Virus record (IMG/VR): IMGVR_UViG_3300014205_000002
Span: 1 to 64,000 of that record
Direction: 5' to 3' (one strand)
Length of the DNA stretch: 64,000 nt
From: a virus
Taxonomy: Duplodnaviria > Caudoviricetes
Part shown: piece by piece, positions 53,242-61,960 of the stretch
Numbering within the stretch: the stretch's first letter is position 1
Layout: every line of letters begins with the position of its first letter
Notes under the pieces: model-generated
What the model was told of the DNA's origin: nothing
The model's database searches: none
The model's input: only the letters and a program-made list of their open reading frames with translations
Program-made: the position numbers and the translations under genes

Positions 53242-54191
53242 TCAACCCGCAGATGCACCGTGCCATCGTCCGGCCCGAGAACAGCAGCCTGATCCTCGGG
53301 GGTCTGCATCACCTGGCGTCCGGTGCCGCCAAGCTTGTCGGCAAGGAACTGCCAAAGCATCTCGACCCCGCCGAACTGGGGGCCGCTGCCGCACGCGGGG
53401 CGGAGCGGATCGACTTCCATGCGGGACGTGCGGCCCAGTCGATCGCGCGCCACGCCGGCCTGGATGCGCATCTGCCCAAGGGGCTGTTCGCGCGCAGTGA
53501 ACAGGCCACTCTGTCGAGCAAGCGGATCCGCGCCCTGGGCGACGAAATAGACGGCCTGCGCACCACCGATGCGACCAAGGCTAAGGCCCTTGAGGACGAT
53601 CTGAATACGCTCGTGAAAACTCACTATAATAAGGGCGAGACCTTCCAGGGACTGCGGGACTTGGCGAGCGACGACTCATTCGCGGCAACGCTCCACAACG
53701 TGGAGGTGCCAAGCCTCACCGGCGAAGCCGGCAAGATGGTCAAGAACGTCGGAACCGACGTCGCCGCCATCTACGGAGCGGGTGAGATCACCGAGAAAGT
53801 TCGCCAGGCCCGTGCATCTGGTTCCGGACCGACCAATCTCCCATCGCGAGGGAAACCCGATATGACTGATTCCTACGCCAAGGCCGCGACCCTCATGAAA
53901 GAGGCCGCCGAGCTGTTTGATGCCGCATCCGTGAAGGAGCGTGCGTGCAAGCAGGCCCAGCAGCTCCTGGACGAGAGCGCGATCGATGCGGGGGAGTTCC
54001 CGAAGTATGCGGCACTGTTTGAAAAGCAGTCCGCGGAGGACGCCGACACGATGGTTGCGGGGATGCTCCGCGGCCATGCGGGCTCTAGCAAGAGCGCGAG
54101 TTTTGGTGATCCCGTTCCCATTTCCGATGCTCAGGCCGAAGGCGGCCAAGGCCGCTTTGAAGCCCTGTGTCGGTCGAAGGCCGGCCACTGA
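53238..54191 (+). CDS. putative scaffold protein, likely with an internal start at 53862
   Basis: ATGA coupling; the C-terminal 109 aa are helical and K-x-A rich with their own RBS. Confidence 0.6.
   Translation: MINPQMHRAIVRPENSSLILGGLHHLASGAAKLVGKELPKHLDPAELGAAAARGAERIDFHAGRAAQSIARHAGLDAHLPKGLFARSEQATLSSKRIRALGDEIDGLRTTDATKAKALEDDLNTLVKTHYNKGETFQGLRDLASDDSFAATLHNVEVPSLTGEAGKMVKNVGTDVAAIYGAGEITEKVRQARASGSGPTNLPSRGKPDMTDSYAKAATLMKEAAELFDAASVKERACKQAQQLLDESAIDAGEFPKYAALFEKQSAEDADTMVAGMLRGHAGSSKSASFGDPVPISDAQAEGGQGRFEALCRSKAGH
53826..53837 (+). promoter_or_regulatory. GG[AT]CCGACCAAT operator-like motif
   Basis: Upstream of in-frame ATG 53862; leader similar to 63565-63599. Confidence 0.45.
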
Positions 54192-54249
54192 CCCGCTCTA
54201 GCGAGCAACCCCACAACCCTGCATTCCCACTGATTCAAGGAGGACCCTG

Positions 54250-54801
54250 ATGTCTGCCATCAGCTTCGGCACCCCCGGCATGCCCAAGAAGACTTTCAAG
54301 GACGGCGGATTCGATCTGCTGACCTCGCCCCTCGCGAAGGTGCCCTGCAAGCTCGCGCCGTCGGCTCTCGTAGCCCCGCTCGCGATCAAGGATGGCCTGT
54401 TCGTCGCGCCTTCGGCGGTCGTCGGCGAGGAGGGCCACTTCGTACTGGCCTCGGACGCCGAGCGCTCGCTCTACCTGGTCTTCACCGGGAACACCCAGGT
54501 GATCCTCGGCAACCCGTTGCCGACGGACAACTACCCCGGCGAGGAGCGGACCGATACCGTCACCGGTATGCTCGGCTCCGTGGTCGGAATTTTCCCGGCT
54601 GATCGTCTGACGATCGGCCTCGTCGGCGGCGCTGCCGTCGCGCTGAGCACGTATGCCGCCAACTTGCCCCTCACGGTCAAGAACGGCAAGCTCTGCCCAG
54701 CCAACCACGGCACCAACACCGGCGAGCGGGTGGTGGCCTATGTCGAGTTCGATTCCGCCCAGATCGGCGACAACTCGATTCAGGTCCGGACGCTCGGCTA
54801 A
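54250..54801 (+). CDS. putative capsid decoration/cement protein
   Basis: AAGGAGG RBS; beta-rich 183 aa directly before the MCP. Confidence 0.55.
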   Translation: MSAISFGTPGMPKKTFKDGGFDLLTSPLAKVPCKLAPSALVAPLAIKDGLFVAPSAVVGEEGHFVLASDAERSLYLVFTGNTQVILGNPLPTDNYPGEERTDTVTGMLGSVVGIFPADRLTIGLVGGAAVALSTYAANLPLTVKNGKLCPANHGTNTGERVVAYVEFDSAQIGDNSIQVRTLG

Positions 54802-54831
54802 CCCCCCACCCGCATCAACAAGGAGACCGTG

Positions 54832-55785
54832 ATGTCTTTCGCGAATACCAGCGCATCCCCGAACCCCATGGATGCGCGCATGATGAACCAGGGCTTCCTG
54901 AACCTGGTCAAGGAAGGCCCCGACGGGGTCAAGCAAGCTGCAACGGGCATCAACGAGGACATCATCCTCACGACGCTCCGTGAAGACGGCATCGCGCGCC
55001 GCGTGATGCCCTTCGCCCCGATCACCGCAGATCAGCTCGTGGTGGACATCAATAATCCTGATGTCCCAATGACAACAGTACCAGTGGAACCCTCTTTTGG
55101 CGAGTATATCGCCATGGCCGTCGACTACATGCAGGCGTCGAAGGATCTCTGGTTCCGCACCCAGGTCGCTCCCGTCTACTTCAAGCCGATCAAGACGAAG
55201 ACCCTCAAGATGCACGAGGCGCAGCTCCTGGCGTCGCCTTTCCCCATCAAGACCTTCATCGAGTCGGTCGCGCGCAACGACATGCTCGCCGTCGAGGACC
55301 ACTTCCTGATCGGTGCCATCGAGCGCTGCGTCGCGAAGTACGCCGCGACGAACAACATCAGCTCGCTGGGCACCCTCGACAAGGACCACATCGCCGACGC
55401 CACGCAGGCGATGGTCAACAACCGCCTGTCTGCGGAGATGATTCTTGTCAATGAGGTAACTTACCTCGATATTTTGCGCTGGAAGTCCGATACGTACGGT
55501 AGCCATGTTGTCAAAGACCTGGTCGACTTCGGACCCAAGGGCGAGGCCCTCAAGTACAAGTCGTGGATGGGCTTCCGCTGGATCCTGACCAACAACCAGG
55601 ACATCATCGCGAAGGACACGCTCTACTACCTCCCCTCCCTCAAGTACCTCGGCATCGCGTACATGTTGGCGGATGCGGAACAGTGGATCGAGTACCGCGA
55701 CGGCGTGCTCAGCACGAACACCCGCGAGATCATCGGGCGCAACCTGGTGAACGCCCGTGCGCCGATCAAGCAGAACCTGACCTAA
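54832..55785 (+). CDS. major capsid protein (presumed HK97 fold)
   Basis: Position after protease/scaffold/decoration genes; LREDGIARRVMP, ILVNEVTYLDILRW; strong RBS; stem-loop follows. Confidence 0.75.
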   Translation: MSFANTSASPNPMDARMMNQGFLNLVKEGPDGVKQAATGINEDIILTTLREDGIARRVMPFAPITADQLVVDINNPDVPMTTVPVEPSFGEYIAMAVDYMQASKDLWFRTQVAPVYFKPIKTKTLKMHEAQLLASPFPIKTFIESVARNDMLAVEDHFLIGAIERCVAKYAATNNISSLGTLDKDHIADATQAMVNNRLSAEMILVNEVTYLDILRWKSDTYGSHVVKDLVDFGPKGEALKYKSWMGFRWILTNNQDIIAKDTLYYLPSLKYLGIAYMLADAEQWIEYRDGVLSTNTREIIGRNLVNARAPIKQNLT

Positions 55786-55795
55786 CGGGTCCGAC

Positions 55796-55829
55796 CGATG
55801 GGTCACGTGCTGAGGCGCGTGGCCCATCG
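55796..55829 (+). terminator. stem-loop after the MCP gene (attenuator or mRNA stabiliser)
   Basis: CGATGGGTCACGTGC-TGAG-GCGCGTGGCCCATCG. Confidence 0.6.
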
Positions 55830-55864
55830 TCTCTGCTGTCCTTTCAAGACAAGGAGTCTCTCTC

Positions 55865-56329
55865 ATGCGTGAGCGCGAACGCAATCAGAACCAGGTTTGG
55901 TTCGTCAAGAACCACACTGGTGGCGCAATTCAGGTTGCCAACAAGCAGATCCCAGGCCACCAGGAGGCTCCCGTGACGGAGAAACTCCTGCGCCCGTGGG
56001 ACGAAAGGGGCGGTCACCGGATGCGTGACGCCGGCAAGATCAGCTACCATGACAAGGCGTCCGAGCCGGATGAAAGCGTGACGGTGACAGCCACGACCGA
56101 CCCCGACGAGGACGAGAACCAGCGCCGCCGATCGGCCGAGGCCTCGATTGCCGCAGACGCCCAGCGGGATGCGGAGATGGCCGCCGAGAAGCGACGCGAA
56201 GAAGAACAACAGGCCGAAGCCGAGAAGAAGGCCGAAGCCGATCGGATCGAGGCCGAGAAAAAGGCCGAAGCCGAGAAGAAGGCCAAGACCGACGCCGAGG
56301 CCGAGAAGAAGTCCAACAGGGGCAAGTAG
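55865..56329 (+). CDS. hypothetical protein with EKKAEA low-complexity tail
   Basis: AAGGAG RBS; charged repeats. Confidence 0.7.
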   Translation: MRERERNQNQVWFVKNHTGGAIQVANKQIPGHQEAPVTEKLLRPWDERGGHRMRDAGKISYHDKASEPDESVTVTATTDPDEDENQRRRSAEASIAADAQRDAEMAAEKRREEEQQAEAEKKAEADRIEAEKKAEAEKKAKTDAEAEKKSNRGK

Positions 56330-56344
56330 CCCAGGCTGCTGCGG

Positions 56345-56380
56345 AGCGCCCCGCCGGTGACGGCGCGGGCGCTTCTTCGT
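56345..56380 (+). terminator. putative terminator
   Basis: AGCGCCCCGCCG-GTGA-CGGCG(C)GGGCGCT followed by TCTTCGT. Confidence 0.5.
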
Positions 56381-56427
56381 GTCCGAAGAAGTGAGCAAAC
56401 TTCGGACACCCTGCAAGGAGAGACGAC

Positions 56428-56889
56428 ATGGCCGCCAAAGACGACCTAATGGCGAATGACCCCGCCTGCGCGGTGACCGTCGAGCAGCTGCGCAGTCAGC
56501 TCCGCGACAGACCCCAGTTCAACGAGGTCTGGCCCGAGTGCTGGAGCGACGGCGATCTGGCAGGCTGCATCATCGACGCGATCGCCGATTTCAACGGCTC
56601 GCCGCCGATCGACACGGGCTTCGATCACCTCAACTTCCCCGACCGCAAGCTGCTCACGGACATGGCCGTCGTGCAGGCGCTGGAAGAGGTGATCATCTGG
56701 CATGCGCGCAACCAGAACTCGACGACCGACGCCGGCCTCCAGATCAACATCCACGAGCAGTGGCAGGGCCTCCAGGCCATCGTCGATCGCCTGACGCCGC
56801 GCATCGACAAGCGCGTCGCCGACAAGAAGAACCAGATCAACATCGCGCGCGGCTGGGGCGGCGTCCGCTCGCCGCTCTGGTATGGCTAG
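56428..56889 (+). CDS. putative head-tail adaptor (neck) protein
   Basis: LRSQLRD...WSDGDL...AIADFNGSPP; position after the MCP. Confidence 0.6.
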   Translation: MAAKDDLMANDPACAVTVEQLRSQLRDRPQFNEVWPECWSDGDLAGCIIDAIADFNGSPPIDTGFDHLNFPDRKLLTDMAVVQALEEVIIWHARNQNSTTDAGLQINIHEQWQGLQAIVDRLTPRIDKRVADKKNQINIARGWGGVRSPLWYG

Positions 56890-56928
56890 GCCCATGCGCG
56901 CCTCCATCCAGTCTTAGGAGGTCAGGTA

Positions 56929-57876
56929 GTGAGTCTGCGTCTGGACGTCCTGTTCGTGGGCGACGATCGAGTGGCGCTGCGCTGGCGGCTCCAGGACATC
57001 GTCTTCGCCCCGGTGAGCTACGCGCTCTTTCGTTCGGGGAACGCTGGGACCGGCTTTGAGCCCGTCGCCGAGGGCCTCGCCGTCGAGAGCTACCTCGACG
57101 GCATCGAGCTGCGCAGCAAGTTCAAGCCAGCCTTCTACCGGGTCGTCGCGACCATCGGCGCGGTGGTGGTCGAGAGCAATACCGTCGCCATCACCGCGCG
57201 CCCCAATGAGGATGTCCTGATGCTCCAGCGCCGCGAGCGCTGGAAGCTCGGGCGCTCCGAGGGTGCCCCGGCCATGCTCTACACGCGCCGGCGCTCGGGC
57301 CCCTTGTGTCCGGTCTGCGTGACCACGCGTGAGCAGGGTGCCTGGGACAACGACTGCCGGACCTGCTACGGCACGGGCCTGCGCCGCGGCTACTACCCGC
57401 CCTTGCCCATCTACGTGGCCCAGCAGAGCCTCGACCAGGAGGGCTCGAACATCACGGCCGAGCGCGTGATCGAGAGCAGCCCCGCGAACCTCTGGACCAG
57501 CAACTGGTCGATCATCAACCCCGAGGACGTGATCATCGAGATGACGCCGCCCAACCACGTCTGGATCGTCAACGGCGTGCAGCGCACGAGTCGACTGCGT
57601 GCGGGCGTGCGCCAGCTCCTGAACGCCAAGCCGGCCGACAAGGGTGGCGCGCTCCACCACCTGCCGATCCCTGACTTCCCGTTCCCCGATCGCTCAGAGG
57701 TCTTCTTCCAGGACCTCCAGGGCCAGGGGCGCGACTTCGACACCCTCTTCGCCGAAAGGATCCGCGTCTATGTTGAAAATATCCTGCCGGACGCTCCGGA
57801 TGGGCCCCAAGCTTACCAGCCTCCAGCTCCGCCAGTCGCTGGCCCCCGCAACCCCGACAGCGGGTTCTTCGCTTAG
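56929..57876 (+). CDS. putative neck/head-closure protein with Zn finger
   Basis: CPVC...CRTCYGTG..GYY; GGAGG RBS. Confidence 0.6.
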   Translation: MSLRLDVLFVGDDRVALRWRLQDIVFAPVSYALFRSGNAGTGFEPVAEGLAVESYLDGIELRSKFKPAFYRVVATIGAVVVESNTVAITARPNEDVLMLQRRERWKLGRSEGAPAMLYTRRRSGPLCPVCVTTREQGAWDNDCRTCYGTGLRRGYYPPLPIYVAQQSLDQEGSNITAERVIESSPANLWTSNWSIINPEDVIIEMTPPNHVWIVNGVQRTSRLRAGVRQLLNAKPADKGGALHHLPIPDFPFPDRSEVFFQDLQGQGRDFDTLFAERIRVYVENILPDAPDGPQAYQPPAPPVAGPRNPDSGFFA

Positions 57877-57888
57877 GCCTGCACTGGT

Positions 57889-58641
57889 TCAGGCGACGGC
57901 GTTGTTGCCTGTGCCCTGAATCGAGAACGACGCGCTGCCGCCTGGCCCCTGGGTCGGGCTGTCGATCGCGTCGTTGTTGGCCCCGACGTTGAAGGCCTGC
58001 TCACCGCCGACAGCGATCACCATGTTCTTCATGGGCACGATCCGCGAGAACGCGATCTGGCAGTACTCCATGATGATGATCTGGTCGGTGCTGATCGGCT
58101 TCGCGTGCTGGCCGATCATGCAGCGCTCCCAGTACTCGGCGCTGATGGGCTCCAGGTTCTCGGTCATCATGACCAGGTAGAGCCCGAACGGCACGTTGAG
58201 CAGATCCGAGTCGAGCCCGACCATCTGCCGGTAGGTCCACTGCCCGCCGGCGGGGTCGGAGTGGTATTTGGAGTCGAGGTTGTAGGCCCAGCGGTAGAGC
58301 ATGCCAACCAGGTTGGCGTCGCGGCCGAGCACCCGGTTGAGTGTGACGGCATGCTGAAAGGCCCCGCCGACGTAGCGGGTGTAGCGGTTGCCCAACTCCT
58401 TGATGCCTTGCAACTGGCGGGAGCTGGTTGGGTTCACGCTCGTGATCATGCCGATCGGCGTGATGAACTTCTGTAGCTCAAGGGCCGCCGGCACCGTCGG
58501 CGGCCCTGAGAACAGGAAGGTGTAGCCGGGCTGGGCGAGCTCTTGCGGTAGCTCGTCCTTCCACACGGCCTTCTCGAACGGATTCGCGTCCGAGATCGAC
58601 CGCATGGCGTCATACCGCAGCTGGTTGAGGAAGTTCGCCAC
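57889..58641 (-). CDS. putative tail tube protein 2
   Basis: Paralogue of 58657-59385; downstream of the sheath. Confidence 0.6.
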   Translation of the reverse strand: MANFLNQLRYDAMRSISDANPFEKAVWKDELPQELAQPGYTFLFSGPPTVPAALELQKFITPIGMITSVNPTSSRQLQGIKELGNRYTRYVGGAFQHAVTLNRVLGRDANLVGMLYRWAYNLDSKYHSDPAGGQWTYRQMVGLDSDLLNVPFGLYLVMMTENLEPISAEYWERCMIGQHAKPISTDQIIIMEYCQIAFSRIVPMKNMVIAVGGEQAFNVGANNDAIDSPTQGPGGSASFSIQGTGNNAVA

Positions 58642-58656
58642 GTGTGGGTCTCCTCG

Positions 58657-59385
58657 TTACGCGACGGTGCTGTTGCCCAGCTCCATGATGTACTCAATGT
58701 TGTGCAGATCGGCGACGTTGAGCGTGATCGTGTCGGCGGGGACCTTGCGGGTCACACGCATCGCGACCTGCTCGACGATCAGCGGGTTGCCGGCCTGGAC
58801 GGTCTTGCCCTTCTGGGCGATCAGGCAGCGCTCGTAGTACTCCTTGGAGACCACGTTGCCGCCGGCGGTCACGGTCACGAGCAGCATGCCGAACGGCACG
58901 CGGAACAGATCCGAGAACATGCTGGTGAGGTGCGCCTTGCCGGGGCCGTCCTTCTCGCCAGGTGCGAACATGAACTGGGTCGGCTTCTCGTTGAGCTTGG
59001 CGATCCAGGCGTACAGCGCATGGGGCAGGTTGGAGTGGTAGGTCAGCACGCGGCCCATCTGAGCCTGGGTCTGCGGGGTGCCGGCCGCCTGGCGCTCCAG
59101 CACCGAGCCCATCTCATTGAAGGGCACGATGCGCGGCACCTCGGTGTCGTTGAAGTTCTGCACCGCGCCGATCGGCACGAGCAGATCCGAGATGCTTTGC
59201 GCGTTCGCGCCGCCCGGGTTCAATACCGGCGGGCCCGAGAACAGGATCGTGGCCTCGCCACTGGCCACGTTGTTCGGGTCGTCGTCGAACTGGACCACGC
59301 GGTTCATGAAGTCGTAGTCGTTGACGCCGGTGGTAACGGGGTGCAGCAGGCCCTGGTTCTTGAGGAACTGGCTGATGGTCGTCAT
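58657..59385 (-). CDS. putative tail tube protein 1
   Basis: PIGAVQ...FNEMGS; directly after the sheath; AAGGAG RBS. Confidence 0.65.
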   Translation of the reverse strand: MTTISQFLKNQGLLHPVTTGVNDYDFMNRVVQFDDDPNNVASGEATILFSGPPVLNPGGANAQSISDLLVPIGAVQNFNDTEVPRIVPFNEMGSVLERQAAGTPQTQAQMGRVLTYHSNLPHALYAWIAKLNEKPTQFMFAPGEKDGPGKAHLTSMFSDLFRVPFGMLLVTVTAGGNVVSKEYYERCLIAQKGKTVQAGNPLIVEQVAMRVTRKVPADTITLNVADLHNIEYIMELGNSTVA

Positions 59386-59423
59386 CGTGGGTTATCTCCT
59401 TCTGCGGGGGAAAGTCCCGGGCC

Positions 59424-61370
59424 TTAGCCCAGGACCTCCACGGTGGCGCGGATGCGGTTGATGGGCGTCGGGATCTCGACGTCGGTGACGAGCCGGACGG
59501 CATCAGCCTCGAACTCGTCCTCGATCAGCTCCTTGATCACGCCCGAGATGATCGGCGAGCCGATGTTCGGGTAGCGAATCTTGAGCAGGCCCGAGTGGTA
59601 CCCGTCGATGTCGTTCTTCATGTCCGTCAGCGTGGCCGCGATGCGGTTGTACGGACCGATGTACTTCCCGAGTCGGGCCTTGAGGCCGATCGAGTAGAAG
59701 TCGAGCGTGCGGGTGATCGAGAGTTCTTGGCGCTGGACCGTCGAGTTGTCGGTGGTGGTCTGGATGTACATGGCCGGCAAGGAGGTGTCGGAGTCCTGGA
59801 CCACCAAAGCCGCGCCCGAGCCCGCGATCAGGCCCATCTGATCGTCGGTCCAGTAGCGCGAGGCGTAGCGCACGCGCTCAAAGCCGATCACCGCCAGGTT
59901 CGTGAAGCCCTGGTGGGGCGGGAAGCCAGCGCACATGCCGCCGTAGGCCGCGCACAGGTAGAAGCCCGGCAGGACCACGCCCGACGTCGCGCCGACCTGG
60001 GCTTCGACCTCGTGGTTGGGGATATAGACGATGCGGCGCGAGTTGATCGAGCTCGCGAGAGCTGCGATCGCATCGGCCTGGCCGTCCTTGTCGAGCACAC
60101 GGAAGACGCGCAGATCCACAAAGTCGTCGGCGAAGTCGACGGCCACGGTGTTGACCGTATCCTCGACGTAGACGCCCTCACCGACCTCGCCCAGGTACTT
60201 CGCGCTCTGGAGTTTGAGGGTGGTCTGGTTCTTGACCTCGGTGACGCGCCAGAAGCCCGCATGCGCGGGAGTGGACGTGGGGCTCGTGCCCGTGCGCAGG
60301 ATCGCCTCGATGAAGTCGCCCACGAGCACGCTGCCTGCGAAGTCGGCTACCGGCTGGGTGATCGTGACCTCGCCGGTGACGCGCTTGATCTTCGCGAGAT
60401 CCAGCTGGGAGACGACGAGCGACTCCCGCGGATGCGGGTAGTTCACAAAACCGATGCGGAACTTGCTCTTTTCGGGGGTCGAGAGCTGCTCGACGTGGGT
60501 CTTGAGGAAGCCGTGGATCGTGGGGTTCTGCGTGAGTAGCACGATGCAGTGGACCGGCTCGTTCTGCAAGAAGTCCAGCGCGGTGAGCCAGCCGATCGGG
60601 GTGTCCTCCTCGACCGCCATCGCGAGCACGGAACTCACGGTGTTGGCCTTGGCGAAGGCGGCACCCAGGGCGAGCGGGTTGTCGGTATTGGCCGCCATCA
60701 GCTTCGCCTCGATCTCGGTGGCGAGGTTGATGTTGGTGAGGCGGTTGGCGGTCAGCTGGCGGACCGCCTTGAACGTGATCAGCACCTCGCCGCGCAAGAC
60801 GGGCAGGGTGGTGATCAGGAGGCCGTTCGAGAGGGTCACGTCGTCAGCGCCGACCGTGTATGCGGTCGAGGGCAGCGTGGTATCTGCGGCCTTGCGCTCG
60901 ACGACGAAGGTCGCGGGCGTCGCGAACGGGATGTCGCGATCGAGCGTCACGACGGAGGCGGAGTCAACGCTCGTGACTTTCGCGCGGTAGGTGACGCCGC
61001 CCGAGGTTACGACCGCCTCGTCGCCGACGGCGACAGCCTTGGTCGTGAAGTCGTTGCCGCCAGCGGGCACGATCGTCATCTTGTCGCTTGCGAAGGTGCC
61101 GGTGATGGCCCCGCCGTCGAAGATCTCCAGAAACACCGCGCGCAGGCGCACGGCGACCGTGTCGGGCTCGACGACGGCTGCGACCTCGATGCCGGGGTAG
61201 GCGACCGTGAGGTCCGAACCCTTCGCATAGTCGCCCGCCACCGCCTGGCTCACCACCTGGCGGTTGATGCCCACCACGACGGTCGGCAACTCCGGCGTGG
61301 TCAGATTGGGGTTGGCCTCAAGGAAGATCTGCTGAATCTCCACTCCGGGCCGTACGATGCGACGGATCAT
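59424..61370 (-). CDS. tail sheath protein
   Basis: RPGVEIQ N-terminus; PHQGFTN, QELSITRTLDF, PTPINRI; GAGGAGG RBS. Confidence 0.85.
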   Translation of the reverse strand: MIRRIVRPGVEIQQIFLEANPNLTTPELPTVVVGINRQVVSQAVAGDYAKGSDLTVAYPGIEVAAVVEPDTVAVRLRAVFLEIFDGGAITGTFASDKMTIVPAGGNDFTTKAVAVGDEAVVTSGGVTYRAKVTSVDSASVVTLDRDIPFATPATFVVERKAADTTLPSTAYTVGADDVTLSNGLLITTLPVLRGEVLITFKAVRQLTANRLTNINLATEIEAKLMAANTDNPLALGAAFAKANTVSSVLAMAVEEDTPIGWLTALDFLQNEPVHCIVLLTQNPTIHGFLKTHVEQLSTPEKSKFRIGFVNYPHPRESLVVSQLDLAKIKRVTGEVTITQPVADFAGSVLVGDFIEAILRTGTSPTSTPAHAGFWRVTEVKNQTTLKLQSAKYLGEVGEGVYVEDTVNTVAVDFADDFVDLRVFRVLDKDGQADAIAALASSINSRRIVYIPNHEVEAQVGATSGVVLPGFYLCAAYGGMCAGFPPHQGFTNLAVIGFERVRYASRYWTDDQMGLIAGSGAALVVQDSDTSLPAMYIQTTTDNSTVQRQELSITRTLDFYSIGLKARLGKYIGPYNRIAATLTDMKNDIDGYHSGLLKIRYPNIGSPIISGVIKELIEDEFEADAVRLVTDVEIPTPINRIRATVEVLG

Positions 61371-61428
61371 GTCATCCTCCTCAAGAAGCGAAAGCGTTCT
61401 GTTATAATGGCCTGAGCCGGTTGGCACT

Positions 61429-61439
61429 TTGGTCGGTCC
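61429..61439 (-). promoter_or_regulatory. GGACCGACCAA operator-like motif
   Basis: Lies between the sheath promoter and the sheath start. Confidence 0.45.
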
Positions 61440-61482
61440 CACATCCGGGATGGGGCCACACGAAGCCAGCGCCTTTCGAGGT

Positions 61483-61489
61483 TATTATA
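61483..61489 (-). promoter_or_regulatory. TATAATA promoter of the sheath/tube operon
   Basis: CCCTATAATAACCTCGAAAG; faces an opposing TATAAT at 61403-61408. Confidence 0.75.
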
Positions 61490-61492
61490 GGG

Positions 61493-61960
61493 ATGCCAGA
61501 GAACGGTTCACCGATGACGCCCGAGGAGGCCAGCGCGCACCTCACGGCCGTGCTGTGCGCGGCGCGCGAAGAGGCCCCTGCGGCCTGGCGCGACATCTGC
61601 GTCTGCTTCGAGGCGGAGTTGAACGGGCTCGCCAAGCGCAAGATCTGGCTGGGTGGGTTCGTGATCGAATTGTTCGCGGATGCCATCCGGGTGCAGGTCC
61701 TCAGCGTGCTAGGCAAGAAGCCCGAAGGCTACAACCATCGCGGTATCTGGGCGGTCCTCTACACCCTGGCGATGCCGCGCGTGCTGCCGGTCCAGGCGGA
61801 TCCGTTCCGCATTTCAAGCATCCGCATCGCCCACGGCGAGGACCCCCAAGTTTCCTACGATCGCGGCTTCAAGATAGGCCTGCCTTTGAGCCTGACCGAG
61901 GCCTACGATCCGGATGCGTTCAAGAAGCTCGTGCAGACCCCGGAAGCCAGCTCTACATGA
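61493..61960 (+). CDS. hypothetical protein
   Basis: ATGA coupling to the sigma gene; start uncertain (61493 or 61514). Confidence 0.55.
   Translation: MPENGSPMTPEEASAHLTAVLCAAREEAPAAWRDICVCFEAELNGLAKRKIWLGGFVIELFADAIRVQVLSVLGKKPEGYNHRGIWAVLYTLAMPRVLPVQADPFRISSIRIAHGEDPQVSYDRGFKIGLPLSLTEAYDPDAFKKLVQTPEASST

Noticed and set aside
56200-56320. gccgagaagaag-type tandem repeats as CRISPR or DNA-level repeats
   Set aside because: They encode EKKAEA low-complexity protein sequence; no spacers or cas genes
4040-61957. Upstream-extended starts given by the ORF track (4040, 15914, 44334, 46630, 46982, 47965, 51168, 61429, 61442)
   Set aside because: Downstream starts have clear RBSs, stop-start coupling or promoter placement, while the extensions overlap other genes or promoters
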